From: Chloroflexota bacterium
Lineage (GTDB): Bacteria; Chloroflexota; UBA11872; VXOZ01
Direction of reading: 5' to 3'
Length of the DNA: 64,000 bases
Assembly (NCBI GenBank): GCA_965221905.1
Contig: OZ244922.1
Coordinates: 1,728,001 to 1,792,000, forward strand
Shown here piece by piece: positions 39,488 to 50,834 of this stretch. The notes beneath the pieces are model-generated. The model had not been told where the DNA came from. It was given only the letters and a program-made list of their open reading frames with translations, and ran no database searches. The position numbers were made by a program, and so were the translations under genes. Position 1 is the stretch's first letter, and the number at the start of each line of letters is the position of its first letter.

Positions 39488-39758
39488 TGGTTCCCTTTTC
39501 CTGCGAACCCAGCTACCGCGCCCCCACGTTGTTGCTTAGCAGGAACTGGGTGTAGACAGTAACAATTATACCATTGGGTATCTGGCGCCTACTATAGCGT
39601 GACGGTCGCAAGTCGCCAGAGCAGGCAACGGTTAGGTGGGCGAGCCGCCTGCAAGGCGGAATCCAACTGTACGCAACGTCTTGACCAACTCGGCAACAAG
39701 CAACGGCAGCACCGCCCGCATTCCCGGCGGACGATCAGGCTTCTTGATCGGGCACGGA

Positions 39759-40526
39759 TCAAATGTGGACGGTCCGACCGCCATCCACAACCATGGCTGC
39801 GCCGGTAGTGTACGGGGCCTCGTCCGATGCCAGGAACGTCACGGTGTTGGCAATGTCCCGGCCTGCGCCAACGCGCCGTAATGGCGTCTTCTGAAGGAAT
39901 TGACCGACTCCATCTTCAAAGCTTACTCCGTCCGCCGCCATATTCTCCCGCATCATGTCGGTATCGATAGCGCCGGGGAGCACACAATTGACGCGTATGC
40001 CGCCGTCGCCAAATTCCGTCGCCATAGCTTTCGTGAGCGCTACGACTGCACCCTTGGTGGCCGTATACGCCGTGGTGCGTGCCGTGGTGGCGATGGCGCG
40101 CACGGAGGCGATGTTGACGATACTGCCGCTGCCGTTCTCAATCATGAACGGAACGCAGTACTTGCTGCAGAGGAAGATACCCGTCAGGTTTACGGCAAGC
40201 ACCTGATTCCACTGCGCTAAGGTAGTTTCCACGAGCGGCGTATAGAGCCCGATGCCGGCGTTGTTGACCAGTACGTCGATGCGGCCAAAGCGGTCACGTG
40301 CGGACTGGGCCAGGCGTTCGGCATCCGCTTCACTGGAGACGTCTACCTGCACGCCGATTGCGGCGCCGCCCGCATCGCTAATCGCGCCGGCAACCGCCGA
40401 AGCGGTCTCGGCGTTCACATCGCCCACCACCACTTTGGCGCCGGCTTCCGCCAGCCGCTCAGCCGTAGCGCGGCCAATGCCCCGACCGGCTCCGGTAACT
40501 ATCGCCACTCTGTCGGTAAGTTGCAT
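39759..40526 (-). CDS. SDR-family NAD(P)-dependent oxidoreductase
   Basis: TGAGRGIG, NNAG, catalytic YTATK, PGAIDT and VDGG; ATG 40526 after GGAGA. Confidence 0.93.
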   Translation of the reverse strand: MQLTDRVAIVTGAGRGIGRATAERLAEAGAKVVVGDVNAETASAVAGAISDAGGAAIGVQVDVSSEADAERLAQSARDRFGRIDVLVNNAGIGLYTPLVETTLAQWNQVLAVNLTGIFLCSKYCVPFMIENGSGSIVNIASVRAIATTARTTAYTATKGAVVALTKAMATEFGDGGIRVNCVLPGAIDTDMMRENMAADGVSFEDGVGQFLQKTPLRRVGAGRDIANTVTFLASDEAPYTTGAAMVVDGGRTVHI

Positions 40527-42153
40527 CACGATACTCTCCAATAGTCGGATTCCGAATAGTTGATTGATGCCATTAGTCCTGTAGAACCCTTGCAAGGCCG
40601 GCAGCAATCATCGTGTACTCTACACGCACCGCCCTCTTGGATTCTTCCTCTTCAATTCGCTCATTACGACGCCTCTTGGAGTTTCGAATTTGCGAATGCC
40701 GCATTCTCTTGATGCGCTCCTCAGTGACAACAGTTAGTTGACCCTGGAGGCTTTCAATGAGTGAACTGAAATGCCGATTCAGGCTAGTGATACGTTCATC
40801 GATCAGGGGGTCGTTATATTGCCTTTCAGAAGTTTCTTTGTCTTGACTAACAATCGCTACGTAGTTGCTAGCAGCATCCTGAAGTTGCGAGAATCTGCCT
40901 TCGTCAATTGCAAATTCTGGCTGCTTTCTGTCTTGCTCGCTTGTCAATTGTTTCAAGAACACCTCGGACTGAAAGGGTTGTGGGTCAGGGTCATCTGTGG
41001 GGACAAGAATAGGGATTAGAGTACATTGGGGAGTAGCCGAGAGAATATCAAACCGGTAGATGAAAAAAGCGTAGTCACCATGGGGCGTCTCAGAATTTCG
41101 ATCAATCCAGAGCACGATCTTGGGGACACCGCGACCTCCAAACTTCCTGTAGTAAGCCAGTGCAGCCTGTGCCATTGGATGGTGCAAGGTCACGAACTCA
41201 ATGTTTCTTCTTTTGGCCGTCTCAGCATCGAACGTCAGGGTCAAGAGGCGAGGTTCAGACTGTATTCGACTCAGGAATTGTTCACTCAAGGCCTTGTCTC
41301 TTTGGCCTGCCCGCGCACTGTTTACAAAGTAGTCGGCCAGTTCGTTTCTCGGATAAACGTAGAATGAGCGACCATCTTCCCTTTGAACAAGATGCAAGCC
41401 TGGAAGCGCGTCTGCGAGGAATGTCTCCACCAACGCACGAACTTCCTGGGCTGATACAAAACGACCGGAAGATCGTATCTCCTCCATGTCGCGTTGAAGC
41501 AAGAAGTCCTGCCCTAGAAATAGGCCTTGCTCTCTCTCAAATGCTTTCTGCTCTTGCCGGTGTAGCTCAAGGATGCGTACTGCTTCTTCGACCTTTCGTC
41601 TCTCCTCTTCTGCGGTTAGCCGTGCCACGAAGATGTCGCGCGACAACCTGCTCACTACCTTACCGAGGATCGGCTCTAAGTCGCCAATTGAGGATTCGAA
41701 AAGTCCTATTCGGTTGTACAACCGCTCAAATATCCGTGTCTCAATAGTATTCTCGATAACCAGATTGTAAATCCTTATGCGCTTGTGTTGTTGTCCGAAT
41801 CGATCAAGCCGGCCGATCCGTTGCTCAACTCGCATGGGATTCCACGGTAAGTCATAGTTGAACATTGCGCCGCAGAATTCGAAGTCCAGACCCTCGGCGC
41901 CCACTTCCGTAGACACCATAATCCTTAAGTCGCTGCGATCCCGGAACTCGTCAATTCTGCGTTGTCGTTCATCTAAAGGGACTTGGCCGTGAATAGTCTC
42001 TACGGCGATTCCTTCCCGGGTTAAACGGTCGAATAGATACTGCGCAGTGCCACGGAAGAACGAAAAAACCAGCACTTTACAATTCGGATCATCTTCGAAC
42101 AGAAGGCTGAGTGCCTTACTAAACTCTTTGTATTTTGTGTCCTGGCTTTCTAA

Positions 42154-43339
42154 GAAAGGTCTGAGCAAGTCGGGATATGCATCGGTTTATGGGTATGTGC
42201 GGGATTGTGGGGTGGTTTGAGGTGTGTCTTGGCATGTGGGAGGGGCTGTTTTGGCTTTGATGCGGTCCCGTTGGAAGCGCAATACGCTCCTGGCCGTGTT
42301 TTGGGCGCACTGCTCCCGTGTCATGTTGCCAACTGGCGTGCGGCCGTCATCACATTGGTCAGCCCCAGCAGCAACGCCAGCCGTTGCCTGTTCTTGGACA
42401 GACCCCGGTAGCGCACCGTGGCGTAGCCGAAGTGCCGCTTCACCCACAGGAACGGATGCTCTACTTTGGCCCTAACCGATGCTTTGCGCTGCTCTGCCAG
42501 CGCCGCCGCGCTCTCAGGCGCCAGTTTCCGCCGCAGCCCCGGCTTGAGCGCCACCTGCCACGCTACGGCGCGCCCCTGATGCTCCGGTCGCTTCTGCACC
42601 CCCACGTACCCGGCGTCTCCCCACACCTGCTGCTCTGCGCCGTGCAGCAACGCCGCCGCTTGCGTTACGTCGTGCACGTTGGCCGATGTGGTGGTGAAGC
42701 TATGCACGAGCCCCGTCTGTGCGTCGACGCCGATGTGCAGCTTCATCCCAAAGTAATACTGGTTCCCCTTCTTCACCTGCCGCATCGCCGGGTCTCGCTC
42801 CCCCTCTCGGTTCTTCGTCGATGTCGGCGCCGCGATGATGGTCGCGTCCACTACCGTCCCCGCTCGCAGCCGCAAGCCCCGACCTGCCAAATGCGCGTTG
42901 ATCTCCGCCAACAACCCCTCTCCTAACCGGTGCTTCTCCAGCAAATGCCGAAAGTGCAGAATAGTCGTCTCGTCCGGCAGCGCCTCTGACAGCCGCAGCC
43001 CCACGAACCGCCGCACCGGTTCTACCTCGTACAGCATGTCCTCCATCCCAGGATCGCTCAGGTTGTAGAACAACTGCACGCAGTGTATCCGCAGCATTAC
43101 CGACAAGGGATACGGCCGCCGCCCCCGCCCTGGCTTGGGATAGTACGGCGCAATGCGCGCCTCCATCTCCGCCCACGGGAGCAGCGCGTCCATCCGCTCC
43201 AAGAACTTCTCCCGGCGCGTCTTGCGCTTCTTCTGCGCGTACTCCAAGTCGGCAAACGTCGGTTGCTCCATTACCCAGCTCCTCACCGTATCCTGCTTTC
43301 TTGCTATGATACTATGCCAGGGACTTGTTCAGAGTTTTC
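42154..43339 (-). mobile_element. IS5-family insertion sequence (1186 bp) with CTAA target-site duplication
   Basis: Terminal IRs GAAAGGTCTGAGCAAGTC / GAAAACTCTGAACAAGTC (15/18 match); CTAA at 42150-42153 and 43340-43343 fits the IS5 YTAR target. Confidence 0.95.
42321..43271 (-). CDS. IS5-family DDE transposase
   Basis: KTRREKFL, GRRPYPL, LSDPGME, PDETTI, VDATII, FGMKLHIGVD, WGDAGY and RAKVEHPF; ATG after GAGGAG. Confidence 0.96.
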   Translation of the reverse strand: MEQPTFADLEYAQKKRKTRREKFLERMDALLPWAEMEARIAPYYPKPGRGRRPYPLSVMLRIHCVQLFYNLSDPGMEDMLYEVEPVRRFVGLRLSEALPDETTILHFRHLLEKHRLGEGLLAEINAHLAGRGLRLRAGTVVDATIIAAPTSTKNREGERDPAMRQVKKGNQYYFGMKLHIGVDAQTGLVHSFTTTSANVHDVTQAAALLHGAEQQVWGDAGYVGVQKRPEHQGRAVAWQVALKPGLRRKLAPESAAALAEQRKASVRAKVEHPFLWVKRHFGYATVRYRGLSKNRQRLALLLGLTNVMTAARQLAT

Positions 43340-44999
43340 CTAAGTTCTTGCAGAGTCCAAGTAGCTTGGTAACTTGCCGCCGATCGGCTGCAGAGAGTTG
43401 GTGCGTAGAAACATCCCGTTCTCTGATGTCCGGATCTGTAATTTCTAGGTCCAATTCAATATTAGAAGACGTAAGTGAGCGCTCAAAGTGTCCCTTTAGC
43501 ACTTGAATGCAACTTGCTGCTTGCCGCTCCCGCATGATCACCGCAAAAATTGAGATTTCGCCGGTGCCTTTTCGCTGGGAATGCTGCCAGCGTACAAAGT
43601 CATCAACGGCATCGTAGAACCTCCTTTCGTCGTGGCTTAGCTTTACTTCAACAGTGAAGGGGCTGCGCTTGGCAGTGTCGACATGCACATCTCTTTTCCT
43701 AGTACGATTGAACACTCTGGCCAGTGAGTGGAGTTCAAGCAAGTCCCTTTCAACACTTACTATCTCTTCGATACTTGGATAGCTCTTTTGCCCCAGGCTC
43801 TTGATAACTCTGCGATATCTTGGGTTTCTTGGATATATCTTCCCAAAAGGGGTGGATTCTACTGCTCTCAGTTCACGCAGCGCTCTTTTTAATCTGCCCT
43901 GCGACACCAGTCGAGACGCTTTGTTGATGAACGTGTTCGGACGAAGTCTCTCTTCGAAGTCTTCGAATCGTTCAAAGTCACCGGCGTTTATAAGTCGCAT
44001 CAAAGTGAACAAGTTCTCATTGCCTGTTTGCAGTGGAGTTGCCGAGAGAAGCACGAGAGCGTGCGACTGTTCAGTTATTGTACTTGCAAGTGCAAAGGAC
44101 TTTGTAGTTGGATTTCTCAGATGATGCGCTTCGTCAATGATTATCAGATCAAAATCCACAGCTTGTCCATCTAGTTTTTCCCGAAACTCATCTCTGCGGA
44201 GCATCTCCAGCGAGCAAATTCCGCGCAACCTTACTGCATCTCCCAGTTCGTGGTGGTCATGCAGAAATCGCCTGAAGGATGCAGCATCCAATACATCGAA
44301 CTCCTCATCAAACCGAGAGAGAAGCTCCCGGCGCCACTTCTCTCTAAGGCCGGCAGGGCAAATTATCATGACCCGCTTCATATCGCGGCGAGCAGATAGT
44401 TCCCTGTAGATGAGCGCGGCTTCGATCGTCTTGCCTAGCCCGACCTCATCCGCTATCAAAATGCGTTGGTTTGGCGACTTGAGAAACCGCAACACCGGTT
44501 TGAATTGGTAGTGATAATATTCGATGCGCGATGCACCCAGCGAATACAAGGTGTCTGACAACGGGGAATTAGCCTTGAGCAATATGAACTCACGCAAGAA
44601 GTCCTTGTGTGGCAGGTACTTCAAAACCGGTCGAGTTGGGACGCGCTCTAGTTCCCGCTCGCTTATCGTGGGTTCATCAGTCGCACTGAAGAAAATTCTA
44701 TAGTCAAATCCTCCAGGACTACGAATTGGCTCTCTGACAATAAGTCCTTCACGCGAAGGCTCTCTCTTGACCCGTACCTTATCTCCAGGTTTGAAGAGTG
44801 GAGTCTTTCCCCTTGACTGAGGTTGGGGTTTTGGAGTGGCCAACTTATGTCGTTTCTAACTGCTTTTTGTTCTTGCCATGCTCTGCTTAGCACGTACGGG
44901 CCGGCAAGTGACACACGCTTCTATCCGCAAGCCGTGCTTACAAAGCTCGCCTGAATTCAATTGCCACCAACCCTCCCTTGTGTGAGCGCAAGCCTGATC

Positions 45000-45842
45000 C
45001 TACCGAAAAGAAAGGCTTGCCCACTCCTCTGCGTCCTTTACCGCACTGTCTGGAGTGCTAGTACTCCGCGCAATGTGTCCTTCCTCCTTGCGCAACGTCG
45101 GCTGTCTCGCGTCTTGGTAGCGCCAGTCAAAGCTCCAGCGGATCTCGTTGCTATGGTTTGGTTGCCCGCGGTGGAAGAGAAGGTTTTGGAACAGAACAAC
45201 GTCTCCAGGATCGAGTTCAACGTCGATGGCCGTCTTCACGTGCGAGTCCAGTGTCTCTTGTGCGATTTCCAGATAGTACTCGCGTTTTTCGTGAGGCACA
45301 GTGCCGAGCTTGTGTGTGCCCGGTACAAACTGCATGCAGCCATTCACCGCATTGGCAGGCACCAACGGTGTCCAGACATTCACCATCCGCTGCAATTCCA
45401 CACTTCCCTTAGCGCCGGCGATCTGCTCCGTGTAGCCGCCGTCCTGGTGCCAGAGGACCTCGGTGCCTTTCCATTCCGGGAATTTTGGGCGAGCGGTGTA
45501 ATTGGGGTATAGGCGGACCTCCGGCCCAAGGAGGACTTCAACCACGTCCAGCAAGGCCGGGTTAAAGAAGAGGTCGAAAAGGCCGGACAAGTGCAGCTCT
45601 CTGCGAAACGACTTCGGGGCATCATCCAGATGGTTCTCGAAGAGCCGGAAGAAGCGCGTCTCAAATGGCTCTTCTTGCATGGTACTTGCGATTGTTCCCG
45701 CTGCGACCAGTTGCCGTGCTTGGCGCTCCACGAGCTCTTCCATGGCAGCGCGTGCTCGCGCCACCACACTCGAATCGAGAAAGCCACTGAGCCTCACGTA
45801 GCCTTGATCGTCGAATTGTTGTCGAAGGTCATCTTGATTCAT
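45000..45842 (-). CDS. Phytanoyl-CoA dioxygenase (PhyH) family 2OG-Fe(II) oxygenase
   Basis: FDDQGYV, WHQD, NGCMQFVPGTHK, PGDVVLF..LLFHRG and R.SFD.RY. Confidence 0.9.
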   Translation of the reverse strand: MNQDDLRQQFDDQGYVRLSGFLDSSVVARARAAMEELVERQARQLVAAGTIASTMQEEPFETRFFRLFENHLDDAPKSFRRELHLSGLFDLFFNPALLDVVEVLLGPEVRLYPNYTARPKFPEWKGTEVLWHQDGGYTEQIAGAKGSVELQRMVNVWTPLVPANAVNGCMQFVPGTHKLGTVPHEKREYYLEIAQETLDSHVKTAIDVELDPGDVVLFQNLLFHRGQPNHSNEIRWSFDWRYQDARQPTLRKEEGHIARSTSTPDSAVKDAEEWASLSFR

Positions 45843-46167
45843 AAAGGGCGTCTCCGCTTCTTACAACTTTAGGAGCTTGCCAATTGGACTAACTCAAATT
45901 CGCTCCGCTGGCCTTTCAGGCATGGTAGCACACGCGTGGCAGACGCCTGCACGCGTTGTTGTGCAAGTACCTGCTTATTCCGCAAAGAGAAGGTTGGTCG
46001 ATACGACAATCTGTGCGGTAACTAGATGGTGCGAAACACTTCGGCTATACTTGACACGACGCACAATTCCCCAGGAGCGCCCAAACGGCCGGCTGGGAAG
46101 GACACGTAGGTTGTGCGAATTGTGCAGAATTGCGGTCGCGTAGTCATCTGAGAGGTTAAGGAAAACA

Positions 46168-47070
46168 ATGCGCAAGATCGGCTTGGTGGATTTCGACACG
46201 TCACACGTCGTGCAATTTACGAAACGACTCAACCACCTGGATATCGAAGAAGACCAATGGGTGGACGGTGGAAACATCGTCATAGGGTGCCCGGGAGAGT
46301 CGCGCGTCTCGCCGGAGCGGATACCGGGCTACACTGAAGAGCTCAGAGAAATGGGCGTGCAGATAGTTGACAGTCCGGCTGACATGATCGGTCACGTTGA
46401 CGCTGTCTTCATCGAGTCGAATGAGGGCAATCTTCACCTCGGCCACGCCAAGCCGTTCCTTGAAGCCGGTGTGCCGCTCTTCATCGACAAGCCCTACGCC
46501 GCAACCACTGCCCAGGGGCGCGCTATTGCCGACTTGTCGGCGAAACATGGGGTGCCTGTCTTCTCTGCGTCATCGCTGCGTTATACGGAAACGGTGGTGG
46601 ATCTCCAGGCAACGATTGCCGACGAGGGCGGTGCGCAAGGAGCTATGGTATACAGCCCGGGATCGGAACACTATGCCAATCCGGGACTGCTCAATTACGG
46701 CATTCACGGCGTCGAAGTGCTCTTTTCCCTCATGGGGCCGGGTTGCGAAGAGGTGTGGGCTATGCGCACTGACGGCGCAGATCATGTGACAGGGCGCTGG
46801 GATGGCGGTCGCTTGGGCACCGTCCGGGCTATTCGTTCTGGCGGAGGCGGCTACGGATTGACGGTGTTCTCGGAGAAGCGGGCCATAAACTCCGATATTT
46901 TCACCAGCAATAATTACCGTAACTTGCTGCGGGAAATCATGAAAATGCTCGAGACCGGCACTCCGCCGCTCGCCATCGAAGAGACAATTGAGATAATTTC
47001 GTTTATCGAGGCGGCATATCGGTCGAGCCAGAACGGCGGCGCAGGGACAAGACTGGAATCAGCGTCTTAG
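46168..47070 (+). CDS. Gfo/Idh/MocA-family oxidoreductase
   Basis: KIGLVDFDTSH, PLFIDKP, VFSASSLRY and YGIHGVE. Confidence 0.8.
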   Translation: MRKIGLVDFDTSHVVQFTKRLNHLDIEEDQWVDGGNIVIGCPGESRVSPERIPGYTEELREMGVQIVDSPADMIGHVDAVFIESNEGNLHLGHAKPFLEAGVPLFIDKPYAATTAQGRAIADLSAKHGVPVFSASSLRYTETVVDLQATIADEGGAQGAMVYSPGSEHYANPGLLNYGIHGVEVLFSLMGPGCEEVWAMRTDGADHVTGRWDGGRLGTVRAIRSGGGGYGLTVFSEKRAINSDIFTSNNYRNLLREIMKMLETGTPPLAIEETIEIISFIEAAYRSSQNGGAGTRLESAS

Positions 47071-47154
47071 GCCGCGAGCGGGAACCAGACTCCGATCTCG
47101 TTGGGAGTGCGGGTCAGGTCTCCCACTTCTGTAAGTAAAACGTGTGTAAGGAAA

Positions 47155-47186
47155 ACGTAGGGGCACGGCATGCCGTGCCCCTACGT
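47155..47186. repeat. GTAG-type REP, perfect 32-bp palindrome
   Basis: ACGTAGGGGCACGGCA|TGCCGTGCCCCTACGT. Confidence 0.85.
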
Positions 47187-47526
47187 AATCATGTATGGCC
47201 TACCCGGTCCCCAGGTTTCATCCCCGGTGTGCGGCCCAGCATGGCCCGTGGCGGCTGTTTTTCTCAAGTAGCTTAGTTTCTAGGCGCGTTTGCCATACAC
47301 ACTCCCATTCTCCGGCGCCTAGGTTTTTCGCGATTGACCTTACGGCAAAGAGAGTGAAAAGAAACGCGCCATAGTAGAGTGAAAAAGTCCTTGATTGCGC
47401 ATAGCGAACCGCTATCCTCGCCGATGTAATCCTGGTAAGACGCGCCTGAGATTTTCATATCCCGGATTCAAGGTGCTACCATGGAGAGAGAACCGATAGG
47501 CATTCGAACTCCTAGAGGGAGCCACA

Positions 47527-48714
47527 GTGGCACAACGCGTCTTGCTCTACACCGGCAAGGGAGGAGTGGGAAAGACCACGTGCGCAGCCGCAACTGCGTT
47601 GCGATGCGCGGAGCTTGGCTACCGCACGATAGTCATGAGCACCGATTCTGCGCATAGCCTGGGTGATTCTCTTGACATAGATCTAGGGCCCGAGCCGACT
47701 AAAATTGCGCCAAATCTGTGGGCACAGGAAACCGATGTCTATTATAACCTGCGTAAACACTGGGGCACGGTTCAGGAGTGGCTCAGCGCCCTACTGGCGT
47801 GGCGCGGAATTGACGAAACGCTTGCCGAAGAGATGGCAATTTTGCCCGGCATGGAGGAGCTGTCGAGCCTGCTCTGGGTAAACATGCACCACGAGTCGAA
47901 TGAATTCGACGCCGTGGTGGTTGATTGTGCGCCGACTGCTGAGACGCTGCGGTTGCTTGCTTTTCCGGAGGACGCCCGCTGGTGGCTGGAAAGAATCCTG
48001 CCCCTGAAGCGGCGTGTGGCACGTGTGGTCGGCCCGGTGCTGGAGTCGGTTATTGGAGTACCCACACCGGGCAGCGAGGTTTTCAACCAAGCTGAGGACC
48101 TGGTGCGCCAACTGGGAAGGCTCCGCGATCTTCTGGCCGACCGCCAACGCGCCTCCGTACGCTTGGTGCTTAATCCGGAGCGCATGGTGATCCGTGAGGC
48201 GCAACGCACGCTCACGTACCTAACGTTGTACGGGTACGGCACCGATCTGGTTGTCTGCAACCGCGTCCTCCCCGATACTGTGCAAGATGCCTATTTCACG
48301 GCGTGGCATGTGTCCCAAAAGAAGCATCTAGAATTCATTCACGAAGCCTTCTCGCCGATACCAATTCGGGAAGTCCCGCTCTTTGCCCAGGAAGTCGTGG
48401 GATTCGATAGTCTCAAGCAGACTGCCGCCGTGCTCTTTGCCGACGACGATCCGCTGAAGCTCTACTATGATGGACGCAGCCATTCTGTACACAGGGACGA
48501 TGGGGGCTATATCCTAGATATTGAATTGCCTTTCGGTCAGAAGGGAAACATTGACGTGGTGAAGCGAGGCGATGAACTTACTGTACGGATTGGCGCGTAT
48601 CGCCGGAACATCGTTTTGCCAACGGTCCTCGCTCGGCTCTCACCGGGCACTGCGCGGCTTGAGGATCGTACGTTGCGAATTCCATTCAAAGAACACGTGG
48701 AAAGTGCGGTCTAG
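47527..48714 (+). CDS. ArsA/GET3-family ATPase with C-terminal HSP20-like domain
   Basis: GKGGVGKTT, STDSAHSLGD, PGMEE and DCAPTAETLR; beta-rich C-terminus (GDELTVRIGAYRRNIVLP). Confidence 0.9.
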   Translation: MAQRVLLYTGKGGVGKTTCAAATALRCAELGYRTIVMSTDSAHSLGDSLDIDLGPEPTKIAPNLWAQETDVYYNLRKHWGTVQEWLSALLAWRGIDETLAEEMAILPGMEELSSLLWVNMHHESNEFDAVVVDCAPTAETLRLLAFPEDARWWLERILPLKRRVARVVGPVLESVIGVPTPGSEVFNQAEDLVRQLGRLRDLLADRQRASVRLVLNPERMVIREAQRTLTYLTLYGYGTDLVVCNRVLPDTVQDAYFTAWHVSQKKHLEFIHEAFSPIPIREVPLFAQEVVGFDSLKQTAAVLFADDDPLKLYYDGRSHSVHRDDGGYILDIELPFGQKGNIDVVKRGDELTVRIGAYRRNIVLPTVLARLSPGTARLEDRTLRIPFKEHVESAV

Positions 48715-48917
48715 CACGTACCCGTGTAAGGTGAGACGTGCCAGGACTTAATGAGGCGGGACGGATTACTCGCTTGGACATGGGGCGCGAGGCGCGAGCC
48801 ATATCCCCCGACTAGAGGCAGCGACGCCCTGAAGAGATAGCGGAAGTTCAAGGGAAGTCCTAGTAACGACATGCACCCAGATATTCAAGAGTAGACAGAA
48901 AAGAAGGAGCCAAGCGC

Positions 48918-49709
48918 ATGGATCTCGAGCTTAGCGGCAAGACCGCTATCGTGTCCGCAGGGAGCAAGGGTCTGGGGAAGGCAATTGCCCTCGGCTTGGC
49001 CATGGAGGGCGCCCGCGTAGCAATTTGCTCGCGCAGTCCGGACAACCTCTCGCAAGCCGCACAAGAGATTCAGGCGAAGGCCGGCTCCGAAGTGCTGGCG
49101 GTTCCCGTTGACGTGTTAAAACCTGATGCCATTCCCAATTTCGTTGACACCGTGGTGCAACGGCAGGGCAAGATAGACATTCTCGTGAACAATGCGGGCG
49201 GTCCGCCCATGGGGACGTTTGCGGACTTCGAGGATGAAGATTGGGAGAACGCCTTCAACCTGACATTCATGAGCGTCGTGCGCTTTGTGCGCGCGGTGCT
49301 GCCCCACATGCGGAAGACAGATGGTGGGCGCATTATCAACGTGACATCCACGTCTGTTAAGCAACCGCTGGAGAACCTCCTGCTTTCGAATTCAATCCGT
49401 CCGGCAGTGATTGGCTTGGCCAAGACCCTGGCGAGCGAATTGGCGGCTGAAAATATTCTGGTGAACAACATCTGCCCCGGAAGCATCTTCACCGACCGCA
49501 TCAAAGATAACGTCGCCGCCCAGGTAAAGTCGACCGGCCGGACCCAAGAGAGCATCATGCAAGATTACGAGACCAAGATTCCGTTGGGTCGTCTCGGACG
49601 GCCGGAGGAGCTGGCGGACCTTGCCGTTTTCCTCGCGTCGCCGCGAGCAAGCTACATCACGGGTGCGACGCTTCAGGTAGACGGCGGCCTAATCCGCTCC
49701 ATCATGTAG
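48918..49709 (+). CDS. SDR-family oxidoreductase (atypical active site)
   Basis: SAGSKGLG, NNAGGPP, LLLSNSIR, GRPEELA and YITG..LQVDGG. Confidence 0.9.
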   Translation: MDLELSGKTAIVSAGSKGLGKAIALGLAMEGARVAICSRSPDNLSQAAQEIQAKAGSEVLAVPVDVLKPDAIPNFVDTVVQRQGKIDILVNNAGGPPMGTFADFEDEDWENAFNLTFMSVVRFVRAVLPHMRKTDGGRIINVTSTSVKQPLENLLLSNSIRPAVIGLAKTLASELAAENILVNNICPGSIFTDRIKDNVAAQVKSTGRTQESIMQDYETKIPLGRLGRPEELADLAVFLASPRASYITGATLQVDGGLIRSIM

Positions 49710-49730
49710 CAGTTAGCTGGGTGGCAGAGG

Positions 49731-50678
49731 TTACGTGGACGAGATCGCCGCGTGCTGGGGAAGCGCCGCGCCGATGATGTCCTTAATGCTCTCCAAGCCT
49801 TCTTCCGCGCAATAGGCTTCAAGACCTGCGATGATCTCCAATGGCGCACGGTGGTTGTAGAAATTCGCCGTGCCCACCTGTACTGCCGTAGCCCCTGCCA
49901 TCAAGAACATGAGTGCATCCTCGGTGGCGCCGATGCCGCCGATGCCAATGATGGGAATGTCAACCAACGGCGCTACGGTGTAAACAAGCCGCAGGGCGAT
50001 ACTGCGCACCGCGGGACCGGATAGCCCGCCTGAGGTGGTGGCCAGCACGGGGCGTTTCTGCGCAACGTCAATGGCCAGGCCGGAGAGAGTATTCATGATC
50101 GCCAAGGCATCGGCGCCGGCCTCGGCAACGGCGGTAGCAACCGGCCGGATGTCCGTGACGTTCGGCGTTAGTTTGACGATCAGGGGTAAGGAACTGCGCT
50201 CGCTCACTGCCTGCGTAACTGCGCCGGCCATTGCAGGGTCGGTGCCGAAGTCGAGTCCATGGGCGACGTTGGGGCAGGATATGTTGAGCTCTAAGGCGGC
50301 GATACCGGGCGCGCCGTCCAGCATTTCGGCGATGGTTACGAACTCTTCCAAAGAAGCCCCGGCCACGTTGGCAATTACCGGCACATTCCACCTGGCCCAA
50401 ATTGGTGCTTTGTCTCGGATTAGGGCTTCCGCGCCGACGTTTTGCAAGCCAATGGCATTGAGCATGCCGCCCGGCACCTCCACGATGCGGGGCATAGGGT
50501 TGCCGCTACGCGGTCTCAATGTAACGGCTTTGGCTGCGATCGCACCGAGGCGATTCACGTCATAGATAGAAGCGTACTCTGTGCCATAGCCAAACGTGCC
50601 GGATGCCGTTATGACGGGGTTCTTGAGTACGAGGCCGCTGGGGTGGCGCGGTGCAATGTTGACTTCCAACGACGGCAT
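49731..50678 (-). CDS. pyrD: Dihydroorotate dehydrogenase, family 1B catalytic subunit
   Basis: NPVITASGTFGYG, GMLNAIGLQN, ELNISCPNV, VKLTPNVTD and GGLSGPA. Confidence 0.95.
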   Translation of the reverse strand: MPSLEVNIAPRHPSGLVLKNPVITASGTFGYGTEYASIYDVNRLGAIAAKAVTLRPRSGNPMPRIVEVPGGMLNAIGLQNVGAEALIRDKAPIWARWNVPVIANVAGASLEEFVTIAEMLDGAPGIAALELNISCPNVAHGLDFGTDPAMAGAVTQAVSERSSLPLIVKLTPNVTDIRPVATAVAEAGADALAIMNTLSGLAIDVAQKRPVLATTSGGLSGPAVRSIALRLVYTVAPLVDIPIIGIGGIGATEDALMFLMAGATAVQVGTANFYNHRAPLEIIAGLEAYCAEEGLESIKDIIGAALPQHAAISST

Positions 50679-50834
50679 TGTGCCTTACCTGAAGGTGTGG
50701 TCTCTCTAAGGCGGTAAGGGGTAGCGTGCAGGGCGTTTTGCAGTGACTGCTTCCACGGTTTATGGGTGTAAGCTTCGCCCGCTCTCAAGGCGATTCAACT
50801 GTACCACATGACAAACATGCGGTATACTATTAAC

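Larger units (their letters stand above)
40573..44843 (-). pseudogene. SNF2-family (RapA/DrmD-like) helicase interrupted by IS5
   Basis: N-part has IADEVGLGKT, DEAHH and SATP; C-part has STEVGAEGLD and NYDLPWNPMRVEQRIGRLDRFGQ. Removing the IS and one CTAA fuses ...CKNL-ESQDTK... in frame (1026 aa). Confidence 0.9.

Noticed and set aside
40573-42168. Independent 531-aa helicase C-terminal gene
   Set aside because: Its start lies inside the IS end; it is the 3' half of the interrupted SNF2 gene.
48742-48861. Possible structured RNA bounded by AGGACT/AGTCCT
   Set aside because: Only a 6-7 bp terminal complement was found, with no consistent internal pairing or promoter.
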